A stretch of DNA of 64,000 nt, from the NCBI GenBank assembly GCA_963748815.1, contig CAVVKJ010000007.1, positions 46,941 through 110,940 on the forward strand. The letters run 5' to 3'. A model generated the notes under the pieces. That model was given only the letters and a program-made list of their open reading frames with translations, was not told the DNA's origin and searched no databases. Of the stretch, positions 39,073 to 46,843 are shown piece after piece (within the stretch, counting starts at the first letter, position 1; every line of letters starts with the position of its first letter). A program made the translations under genes and the position numbers. Source of the stretch: an uncultured Gemmatimonadales bacterium (GTDB taxonomy: Bacteria; Gemmatimonadota; Gemmatimonadetes; Gemmatimonadales; GWC2-71-9).

Positions 39073-39141
39073 CGTCATTCCCGCGCAAGCGGGAATCCAG
39101 GGCTCATGGCACAATGGACCCCCGCTTGCGCGGGGGTGACG
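39073..39141. repeat. REP-like double palindrome (ATTCCC-N8-GGGAAT, dRS3/RPE-like core) in inverted pair
   Basis: Left arm CGTCATTCCCGCGCAAGCGGGAATCCA, right arm TGGACCCCCGCTTGCGCGGGGGTGACG. Confidence 0.8.
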
Positions 39142-39240
39142 GCTGCGGGACACGGCCAACGCATTGAAACACATACGGTTACCACCGCACCTGTCCAAAA
39201 TCGCCCGAGCATCGCATCTTAAAGGACGTGAATGCTGAGA

Positions 39241-39284
39241 GTGCCCGATGAGAGAATCCTTCTCTCGGGCACGTCCTTTTTTTT
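39241..39284 (+). terminator. Intrinsic-terminator-like hairpin + T8 in the greA leader
   Basis: GTGCCC/GGGCAC and GAGAGAA/TTCTCTC stems, then GTCC-TTTTTTTT ending 13 nt before the ATG. Confidence 0.65.
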
Positions 39285-39297
39285 GTCGGAACCGCCC

Positions 39298-39765
39298 ATG
39301 ATCACCGAAATGCGCGAGAAGCTCGGCCGGGAGATCGAAGCCCTGACGCACGAGCTCACCATCACCCTTCCCCAGGCCATTGCCCAGGCCGTGGAGATGG
39401 GCGACCTGCGCGAGAACTCCGAGTACAAGGCGGCGCTCGAGCGGCAGCAGTTCGTGCAGGCCCGGCTCGGGCAACTGCACCAGCGGCTGAGCCAGCTGAG
39501 CGACCTCGCCGGCACCGAGACGCCCACCGACCGGGTGGGACTCGGATCGCGGGTGACAGTGCTCGACCTCGACAGCAAGGAAACCGACACCTATATGCTG
39601 GTCCTCGCCGAGATGATGGATCTCGAGGACGGGCACGTCTCGTTCGCCTCGCCGCTTGGACGGGCCCTGGTGGACCGGCGGGTGGGCGACGAAGTGGAGC
39701 TTCGCCTGCCGCGGATGACGCGGCGGCTGCGGGTGATGGAGTTGGTGACGGCGCACCAGGCGTAA
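39298..39765 (+). CDS. greA: Transcription elongation factor GreA/GreB family
   Basis: GDLRENSEYKAA, VSFASPLGRAL. Confidence 0.85.
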   Translation: MITEMREKLGREIEALTHELTITLPQAIAQAVEMGDLRENSEYKAALERQQFVQARLGQLHQRLSQLSDLAGTETPTDRVGLGSRVTVLDLDSKETDTYMLVLAEMMDLEDGHVSFASPLGRALVDRRVGDEVELRLPRMTRRLRVMELVTAHQA

Positions 39766-39785
39766 TTCACGCCCAGGGAGTGATC

Positions 39786-40157
39786 ATGGAATTCCCCAAG
39801 AAGCAGTTACTGGTGGTCGGCGACCGGGTGCTCATCACCCCCGAGGAGGGGGAAGAGCGCACGCGGGTCGGACTCTACCTGCCCGCGTCGGCCATGGAGG
39901 GCCAGCAGGTGCAGGCGGGGCTGATCGTGGCCACCGGCCCCGGGGAGCCGATGCCGGATTTCAGCACCCTCGATGAGGAGCCCTGGAAGACCTCGAAACG
40001 GGAGCAGACTCGCCACCGCCCAATGCAGGCGCGGGTCGGCGACACCGCCATCTTCTTCCGGAAGGCGGCGGTCGAAATCACGTTCGAGGAACGGAAGTAT
40101 CTCGTCGTCCCCCTCGCGGCGATTCTCGTGCTGGTGCGCGAGGACCTGCCCCTCTAG
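39786..40157 (+). CDS. GroES-family co-chaperonin (orphan, with insertion)
   Basis: VGDRVLI, GLYLP, IVATGPG, VGD, YLVV; no groEL adjacent. Confidence 0.8.
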   Translation: MEFPKKQLLVVGDRVLITPEEGEERTRVGLYLPASAMEGQQVQAGLIVATGPGEPMPDFSTLDEEPWKTSKREQTRHRPMQARVGDTAIFFRKAAVEITFEERKYLVVPLAAILVLVREDLPL

Positions 40158-40167
40158 CCGCGCCGTC

Positions 40168-40539
40168 ATGCCCTCCTCGCAGCATCATGCGCTGGTCCGC
40201 CTGGCGGGCGTCGCCGCCGCCGCCTCGCTCGTCATCGCCGTCGCCGGTTTCCGTCGCATCGTTCCGGAAGATTTCGCCTTCATCGGATTGGGATTGTTCG
40301 TCGCCTTCCTGGTGCTGATTGCCGCCCTCGCCTGGCGATCGCGGCAGCAGGTCCTGGCCCAGCGCGACATCGTCGAACGCGGGCAGATGATCGTGATCCT
40401 GGCGGCACAGCTCCGGGATGAAGACTCCGCCGCCCTCGAGCAGAGGGTCCGGCGCGGCGGGTCGGCGGGGGAGGCCGCCGCGCTTATTCTTCAAGGGAGG
40501 GCGGAGCGCCAGCGGCGCCACCCCGGGTCGGCGCCCTGA
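40168..40539 (+). CDS. Hypothetical two-TM membrane protein
   Basis: Two hydrophobic helices; co-oriented with neighbours. Confidence 0.6.
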   Translation: MPSSQHHALVRLAGVAAAASLVIAVAGFRRIVPEDFAFIGLGLFVAFLVLIAALAWRSRQQVLAQRDIVERGQMIVILAAQLRDEDSAALEQRVRRGGSAGEAAALILQGRAERQRRHPGSAP

Positions 40540-40581
40540 CCGCCGTTCGCTCCCCGCACGTCTCGCTTCCACTGGACCACC

Positions 40582-41109
40582 ATGTGCTTCTTCCTCTACA
40601 TCGCCAGTCCGCTCACGCTGAGCGAAGTGCGCTCGATGCTCCCCCCCGGGCTGACGGCGGACCTGCTGCCGCCGACGGAACAGGGGGAATTGCGCGCGCT
40701 TTTCCCCGAGGCCCAGACCACCGCCCGGGTGCTCCGGGGCGGCTGCTCCTGCGACCTGGTGACCGAACGGAAAGCGGCCAGTGAGGATGAAGCGCGCCTG
40801 CGTGTGCGCTATCGCAACCTCGGGTACAGCCGGGACCAGGTGGTCCGCGCCCTCGGTATTCACCGCCGGGCGCTCGAACAGCGCACGCGGCCGGCAGGAC
40901 ACTGGCCGAAGGCGTTCGCGGCGTTTGTCGCCGAGCATGCGCGGAACGCCGGCCCGACGCTCTTCTACCTCCAGTTCGGGCACGAGGGGCTGCAGCGGGT
41001 CGGGGCGGACCCTCCCCGCCCGATCCTGACCGCCGATGTGCGAGCGTTCCCGGGAGTCTGGCTCCCGGAAGACGCGCCGATCCTGGTGGTGCGGGACGAC
41101 GCCGAGTGA
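40582..41109 (+). CDS. Hypothetical protein (MCFFLY..., GGCSCDL motif)
   Basis: ATG start, GTGA overlap with the next gene, globular composition. Confidence 0.65.
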   Translation: MCFFLYIASPLTLSEVRSMLPPGLTADLLPPTEQGELRALFPEAQTTARVLRGGCSCDLVTERKAASEDEARLRVRYRNLGYSRDQVVRALGIHRRALEQRTRPAGHWPKAFAAFVAEHARNAGPTLFYLQFGHEGLQRVGADPPRPILTADVRAFPGVWLPEDAPILVVRDDAE

Positions 41110-41510
41110 ACGGCTGGCGGATGTTCCTGCGGGCACTTCGACTGCGGTGTCCGGCCTGCGGCGGCGGTCCCGTCTTCCTCTCCTGGTTTCGGCTCGCTCC
41201 GAGTTGTCCGACCTGCGGACTGCGGTTCGAGCGGGGTGAGGAGGGATACTGGGTCGGCTCCTATATGTTCAACATCGTGGCGTCGGAGCTGTTCTTTGCC
41301 GCGGCCGCAGTCGCCGTGGCGGTCGCCACCTGGCCGACGCCGCCCTGGACGTTGATCACGGCTGGCGGCGTCACGCTGATGATCCTGGCGCCGCTGGCGT
41401 TCCTTCCCTTTTCGAAGGTGCTCTTCCTGGCGTTCGACCTGTTCTTCCGTCCCCCGGTGGAGTCGGATTTCGCCGCGCCATCGGAACCCGCCGCAGGCCG
41501 GCGGGTGTGA
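41106..41510 (+). CDS. DUF983 family zinc-ribbon membrane protein
   Basis: RCPACGGG...CPTCG, two TMs, PFSK. Confidence 0.85.
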   Translation: MNGWRMFLRALRLRCPACGGGPVFLSWFRLAPSCPTCGLRFERGEEGYWVGSYMFNIVASELFFAAAAVAVAVATWPTPPWTLITAGGVTLMILAPLAFLPFSKVLFLAFDLFFRPPVESDFAAPSEPAAGRRV

Positions 41511-41530
41511 CCCAACGCCCCGGAGTCCCG

Positions 41531-42623
41531 ATGCAACCCTCCCGATTCGTTTTTGCCGCGGTGTCTGGCCTCGTCGCTGGCCTGCTCCTCCTCATCGCCA
41601 GCTCCGGACGCGATCAGTCCCGCCGCCATGCCGCGGCCGACCCTCACCACCCAGACGGTGGACACCCGCCAGTTGCTGCAGGCGGTCAGCGTGGTCAACA
41701 ACGACGTCGTCTGGGTGAGCGGACATGGCGGCACGTGGGCGCGGACCGAGGACGGCGGCACCACCTGGACCACCGGCGTCGTGCCGGGCCACGACTCGCT
41801 GCAGTTTCGCGACCTCCACGCGCTCGACGCGAAGCGGGCCTGGCTCATGAGCGCCGGCAATGGGGCCGCGTCCCAGATCTGGTACTCGGGCGACGGCGGG
41901 AAGAACTGGACCCAGCAGTTCCGGAACGGAAGTTCGAAGGCGTTCTACGACTGCATGGGCTTCTGGGACGACAAGCACGGCATCGCGCTCAGTGACGGCG
42001 TGGACGGCATCTTTCCCGTCCTCGCCACCCGGAACGGCAAGAGCTGGATGCTCCTGTCGGAGGCGGCGAGCCCCCAGGCCCGTCCGGGCGAGGGCTCCTT
42101 CGCCGCCAGCGGGACCTGCCTCGCGACCCGGGGCGACCAGCGCGCCTGGTTCGGCACCGGCGCCGCCGTGGAGGGGTACGCGCGGGTGATTCGAACGACC
42201 GACGAGGGACGGAGCTGGAAGAGCGCCGAGACGCCGATCGTCACCAGCGCGTCGGCCGGTATCGCCACGGTGGCGTTTCGCGATGACATGCACGGCGTGG
42301 CGATGGGGGGCAACATCGCCAAGCCGGACACCTTCACGATGAACGTCGCCGTCACCTCCGACGGAGGCGCCACCTGGGAGGCGGGCACGCCTGTCCCCTT
42401 CCCCGGCGCGGTCTACGGGTCCGCCTACTCGGCGGACAACGGCCGGTCGATCCTTGTCGCCGTCGGTCCGAAGGGGGCGGCCGTCTCCTGGGACGACGCC
42501 CGGACGTGGGTCCTGATCGACGCCGGCAACTACTGGAGTGTCGGGATGGGCAAGGGGGGGCGGGGGTGGCTGGTGGGTCCCGGGGGAAAGATTCGCCGGC
42601 TGGACCCGGGCACCGCGCCCTAG
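41531..42623 (+). CDS. BNR/Asp-box beta-propeller lipoprotein (+1 frameshift near 41560)
   Basis: Repeated T/SxDGGxxW; FAASGTC; removing one G gives the signal MQPSRFVFAACLASSLA-C. Confidence 0.85.
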
Positions 42624-43117
42624 TCGTCGTCGTCCTCCCCACCTCCGCCGCCACCGCCCGGGGCGTTACCGGAAATCTGGAGCGTGCCGGCTGCGGGATC
42701 GTACACGGTGTTCAACTCGAAAAGGTTGCTGGTCTTCTGACCGCCGGTCCACACGCCGGTCACGGCGAAGGTGGCGCCGTGATTGGGGCAGTGGAATCCG
42801 CTCCCCTGGATGGTGACGGTGGTCCCGGCGTGCGGGCACACCATCGAATAGGCGCGGTAGGCGTCCACGCCGCTGTGATAGACCGCCACCGGCGTCCCTG
42901 AATTGCCGTCCACCCGGGCCACCCCTCCCACGGAGGCGAGCGGCGGGAAGCTGTTGACGTCGATCGAAAGATTCACCACCCCGCCTGGCCCGAGTGCGCC
43001 CCCGAAGACTCCATCACCGCACGCCGCGACGAGCACCGCGGCGACCGCCGCCATCGACGTGTCGGCCAGGAAGGCCCGACGCGAGAGTTCGCGTCGGCCG
43101 CATGATCCGTCACACAT
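42620..43117 (-). CDS. Tat-exported Rieske [2Fe-2S] lipoprotein
   Basis: SRRAFL, lipobox VAAC, CPH...CPNH. Confidence 0.88.
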   Translation of the reverse strand: MCDGSCGRRELSRRAFLADTSMAAVAAVLVAACGDGVFGGALGPGGVVNLSIDVNSFPPLASVGGVARVDGNSGTPVAVYHSGVDAYRAYSMVCPHAGTTVTIQGSGFHCPNHGATFAVTGVWTGGQKTSNLFELNTVYDPAAGTLQISGNAPGGGGGGGEDDDD

Positions 43118-43132
43118 GCCGTCTCCTCTCCC

Positions 43133-43636
43133 TCAGCCGAGGGGGATCTTGGCCGCGGCCCATCCCGCGGGGTCCTTGTCCTCTTCGAACATCACGTCCA
43201 CGTCGACCACCACCGTCTCCCCCTCCCGCCGAATGGCCAGGCGGTCCATCCCGCGGGTCGCCCGACCTGAGATGAAGGTGCCGTCGGGCTGGTACTTCGA
43301 TTTGTGCTTGGGGCACTGAAAGCGCTGGTCGGCGGGCAACCACTTGAGGGCGGTGTTCTGGTGGGGGCAGGAGAGGTTGAAGGCGTACACCATCCCCTCG
43401 AACCGCACCAGGATGACCTGTTCCTGCTTGTCGATGGTGGCGCCGTCGGCCGCGGGAATGGGGTAGGTGACGCTGGCCCCACGGACCCGCAGGGCACGTC
43501 CGCTTCGCACCGTCATCGCCTCGGCGGTCTCGGCGGAGGCACCAAGCGCCGCGAACGTGAGCAGCAGCGAGGCCGCCGCGCGCAGGAAGTCCCGGCGCCC
43601 TTCCAGTTCGCAACGACCGCACTCGTCGCGGCTCAC
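43133..43636 (-). CDS. Tat-exported Rieske [2Fe-2S] protein
   Basis: GTG start 43636 (GTGA overlap); GRRDFL; CPH...CPKH. Confidence 0.88.
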   Translation of the reverse strand: MSRDECGRCELEGRRDFLRAAASLLLTFAALGASAETAEAMTVRSGRALRVRGASVTYPIPAADGATIDKQEQVILVRFEGMVYAFNLSCPHQNTALKWLPADQRFQCPKHKSKYQPDGTFISGRATRGMDRLAIRREGETVVVDVDVMFEEDKDPAGWAAAKIPLG

Positions 43637-44127
43637 AGGTTCACCAGCATGACGCCGGTCAGCACCGCGACCAGCCAGAGGAGGGAACTGGCCGCTGCGG
43701 AACGCCGGAGTGCCTGCCAGGCGCGCTCCGTCATGTCTCCCGCTGCCAGCCGATGACCGGTTCTCCTCAACGCGGCCCCGTTCAGGAGCAACGCCGCCAG
43801 GAAGCCCATCTTGATCCAAAAGACGGGAGTCGTGGCGAAGGTCGAGACATCGGCAAAGAAGAGGAGGAACCCGCTCACGAACGAAAGGCCGAGGCCGATC
43901 ACGACGGGCGTGTGGATGGCGTTGAGCTCGGCCACGTGCACCCGACGGACCGACGCGTCGGCGTGGGTGGCCCGGAACACGGAGCGATCCGCGGCGAGCG
44001 CCAGTCCGCCGGCCACGAGAAACCCGCCGATGTGACTGAACATCACGCCGTTCATGAGCAGCGTGGAGTTGTCGTACAGGGTGGCCCAGGGTTCCGCGAG
44101 GTGCGCGAGCGATTCGACGAGTGACAT
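43633..44127 (-). CDS. DUF6644/DUF2214-like 4-TM membrane protein
   Basis: H..G....G....D, SGFLLF, FWIKM pattern; four hydrophobic helices. Confidence 0.65.
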   Translation of the reverse strand: MSLVESLAHLAEPWATLYDNSTLLMNGVMFSHIGGFLVAGGLALAADRSVFRATHADASVRRVHVAELNAIHTPVVIGLGLSFVSGFLLFFADVSTFATTPVFWIKMGFLAALLLNGAALRRTGHRLAAGDMTERAWQALRRSAAASSLLWLVAVLTGVMLVNL

Positions 44128-44130
44128 CGT

Positions 44131-44760
44131 TCAGTCCTTCCAGATGAGCATCATGAGCCAACTCGCGGTGGCCACGCTCATCGACGCGATCGCCACGTTC
44201 TGGTGCTGCTGCCGTGCATCGTACGACGACTCAGCCTGGCTGGAGAGCACGCCGGTGTAGACGAACCCAGCGTCGGCGATGAACATCAACGCGGAGTGGA
44301 TGTATCGGCGGGTGCGCCCGGCGGGGTCCTTCCGGCTGTCCCAGAGATTCCACGCACCGGTGACCGTGTTCACGGCGAACACGGCGGCCAGCGCGGTAGC
44401 GGTCGGGCCGTGGATGTCCTTGGCCCAACTGGGCGCGGCGTCGCCGTACTCCATCACCTGGGTGCCGCTGGCATACTGCAGGGCAAAGAGCGGAAGCATC
44501 GTCCAGCTGAGGATCTTGTGGATCTTCAGCCGGGTGTAGTACCCGTCGCTGTACTCCACCGCCGTCGCCCTCCGCTTGGTCGTGTCCTGCCAGGATTCCG
44601 GACCGGACCCGAGCCCGATCGCATCGGGAAGGAGCGCAGCCGGGATCAGGACCGGGGCGACGATGGGAGCCGGCGCGGCTTGTACCGTATCCGTGGCAGG
44701 AGCAGAGAGTGCGGTCGGGAGTGTGAGGAGAAGAAGCGCCACGACATCCTGCATAGGCAT
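44131..44760 (-). CDS. Hypothetical membrane protein with signal peptide and four His-bearing helices (possible heme-b binder)
   Basis: KIHKIL, DIHGP, YIHSAL, QQHQN each precede a hydrophobic helix. Confidence 0.65.
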   Translation of the reverse strand: MPMQDVVALLLLTLPTALSAPATDTVQAAPAPIVAPVLIPAALLPDAIGLGSGPESWQDTTKRRATAVEYSDGYYTRLKIHKILSWTMLPLFALQYASGTQVMEYGDAAPSWAKDIHGPTATALAAVFAVNTVTGAWNLWDSRKDPAGRTRRYIHSALMFIADAGFVYTGVLSSQAESSYDARQQHQNVAIASMSVATASWLMMLIWKD

Positions 44761-44787
44761 CCGGGAGAATGGGATGCCCAGAGGAGG

Positions 44788-44802
44788 GCAACCGGAGTGC
44801 CA
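44788..44802 (-). promoter_or_regulatory. Sigma54 (-24/-12) promoter TGGCAC-TCCGG-TTGC
   Basis: Exact TGGCAC-N5-TTGC consensus, 27 nt upstream of the 44760 start. Confidence 0.8.
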
Positions 44803-44809
44803 TCTGGTT

Positions 44810-45097
44810 GCTACGACTTATGTTGTTGTTTTGTAACCACTTACTGATTGTCGCGAGGACGGTTCAGTGGTACGTCCCGATCCATCTGCATCGGTGCGAT
44901 ACATACAATCCGTTCCACCACCCCAACCGACTGAATGACCAGCCCCGAAGATGTGTCTGCCGGCTCACTCAAATCAATGTGAGCAAGTGCTCATTTCTTA
45001 GCCTGTTCGACCATCATCTGTCGCTGGCTACCAGCCAGGATCGAAATGCCTCCATAAGAGGTAGAACAATTAAATAACTATACATCAACAACTTACG
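44810..45097. promoter_or_regulatory. AT-rich upstream region with IHF-like sites
   Basis: ATCAA-CAAC-TTA near 45084-45095 preceded by an AT tract; related CTACGACTTA and TAACCACTTA at 44811-44843. Confidence 0.5.
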
Positions 45098-45174
45098 CCT
45101 GATTACCTGATGTGTGTTATTAGACATTAAGCAAGTGAGCATACACTCGCATACACCAAGAGGTCGATATCGAC

Positions 45175-46272
45175 TCATTTCGATGGTGGACTGCCCCCAC
45201 TGGATGGATCCGTCACGGGGCGCAGTTCGAATTCGGTGTCACCCATCCTGAAGGTGAGCTTGGCCGGTCGTCCATCGCTTCCCTCGCCGACCGTGAGCGT
45301 CGCGGCGGTGCTGGCAAACGCGTACTCAGTGAGAGAGAGCGGAATCAGCGCCTGCCATCGACCCTCGGGCAGGTTCACCCGGAGCGCACCGGCCACCTTC
45401 GAGATGACCAAGACAAACCCGCCGTTTGCGTAGGTGCCGAGCAGCTTGTCCAAGACCCCAGCAGGCACCTTCGCTGCGGTCGGGGAGGGAGGGGGCGCAG
45501 CCACCGGCGTCTCCGTCAGTTCCCGGACCCAGATGTTCCGGTACCGGACCGGATTGCCGTGGTCCTGCAGCCCGATCGGACCCTTCGGGGCACCGACAAC
45601 GTAGGGATTCGCCTGCAGCCAGTTGGTCGGCCCCCAGAATACGGCGTTGTCCTGGATCAGGACCCCATTCTGAAAAGCCGTCATCCGTGCGGGATTCAGA
45701 AGCACGCCTGCCGAGTCGAACCGCGGGCGGTGGAAGATGATGTCGTAGGACTGCCAGATCGCCGGGGGCAGAGAAGCGTTCACCAGCGGCGGGTACTGGC
45801 CATACGCCGCCCCCGCCTGACCATCCGGATAGGTGTCGTTGTGGTAGGAGTCGAGCACCTGCAACTCATAGCTGCCCATGAGGAACACGCCGCTGTTCCC
45901 CCGGCCCTGCCCCGTGTCCTTCGGGGGAGTCGGTGCCGCCCATTCCACGTGCAGCTGGACGTCGCCGAACTCCTGTCGCGAGAACACATACCCCGCCCCC
46001 GGAACGGCCTCCATCGCGCCGTCGCGCACCACCCACCCTGCCGGTTCACCGTTGCCGTTCCGCCAGGCGCCGACCCCCGAGCCATCGAAGAGCACCACGG
46101 CGTCGGAGGGTGGGGGCAGAGGCACGGCCGCCTGTCCCGGCGTCACGACAGGGGGGCGCGGCCGGGTGAGATCGTGGGCCCGCCAGCCGGAAGGGGTCTG
46201 GGCAAGGACGAGCGACGGAATACCGAGCGCCGTCAGTGCCGCCAGGGACGGGAACAGGGACCGGGTCATCAT
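45175..46272 (-). CDS. DUF1080 (3-keto-disaccharide hydrolase-like) exported protein with C-terminal extra domain
   Basis: VVLFDG, GNSGVFL, YELQVLDS, WQSYDI, LQDHGNPVRYRNIWVREL. Confidence 0.88.
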   Translation of the reverse strand: MMTRSLFPSLAALTALGIPSLVLAQTPSGWRAHDLTRPRPPVVTPGQAAVPLPPPSDAVVLFDGSGVGAWRNGNGEPAGWVVRDGAMEAVPGAGYVFSRQEFGDVQLHVEWAAPTPPKDTGQGRGNSGVFLMGSYELQVLDSYHNDTYPDGQAGAAYGQYPPLVNASLPPAIWQSYDIIFHRPRFDSAGVLLNPARMTAFQNGVLIQDNAVFWGPTNWLQANPYVVGAPKGPIGLQDHGNPVRYRNIWVRELTETPVAAPPPSPTAAKVPAGVLDKLLGTYANGGFVLVISKVAGALRVNLPEGRWQALIPLSLTEYAFASTAATLTVGEGSDGRPAKLTFRMGDTEFELRPVTDPSSGGSPPSK

Positions 46273-46722
46273 GATTCCTCCGCGGGACGTCGGGCAATCA
46301 GCTCCACGAACTCTCCCTCCTGCACCACTTCACCCCGCTGGTTCTTCAACTCGGCGGCCAGCGTGACCAGTCCGCGCGCCGGGTTGCCAGTCGCCCGTCG
46401 GGAGGCCACCCGAAGGTGGAGGGTCACGCGGTCCCCATAGTAGATGGCCCCCCGAAACCGCCACGAGATTCCGACCAGCGCGACGAGTGTCCCCCTGGTG
46501 AGCTCCAACTGATTGGCGAGGCCGGTCGCCACGGACAGTCCCAGCGCCCCGTGGGCAATCGGGCCCTCGAACCCCGCCCTCATCGGCCGCTTCCCGGTCC
46601 AGGTGAATCGGATTTCGGTCGCCCGAGACCTCCGCGAAGGCCCTCACGTCAGCCTCGGAAACGACCCGGGCGGAGGTCACGAACTCCCCCGCCTCCTCAA
46701 AGTCCTCGAAATACATCCCCAT
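46269..46722 (-). CDS. MaoC-family (R)-specific enoyl-CoA hydratase/dehydratase (+1 frameshift near 46586)
   Basis: MYFEDF...FAEVSGDRNPIH, then GPIAHG...IYYGD in the next frame. Confidence 0.85.
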
Positions 46723-46764
46723 CGATGTCTCCTGGCGTCAGGATCTGCTGTACGCTTTGCGGCC

Positions 46765-46824
46765 TTGACAGGACAAGTATGTCACTGCATTATCGTTCGT
46801 AGCAAGAGTGTTATATGTCACTCT
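46765..46824 (+). promoter_or_regulatory. Sigma70 promoter TTGACA-N17-CATTAT with flanking palindromes (candidate operators)
   Basis: -35 46765-46770, -10 46788-46793; TGACA-N9-TGTCA 46766-46784; AGAGTG-N8-CACTCT 46805-46824; TATGTCACT repeated at 46778 and 46814. Confidence 0.6.
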
Positions 46825-46843
46825 CCACACGGGCGTTTCCAAT

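Noticed and set aside
39001..39141. CRISPR array or small ORF in the repeat region
   Set aside because: 8-bp units with no spacers and no cas genes; translations such as VIPAQAGIQ are typical spurious repeat-derived ORFs
41531..42623. Photosynthesis-related Ycf48
   Set aside because: Generic Asp-box propeller; no photosynthesis genes in the window
44769..45077. 102-aa ORF in the AT-rich spacer; also a possible foreign insertion or origin
   Set aside because: Atypical composition, overlaps the sigma54 promoter, and I see no integrase, att repeats or DnaA-box cluster; better explained as regulatory DNA
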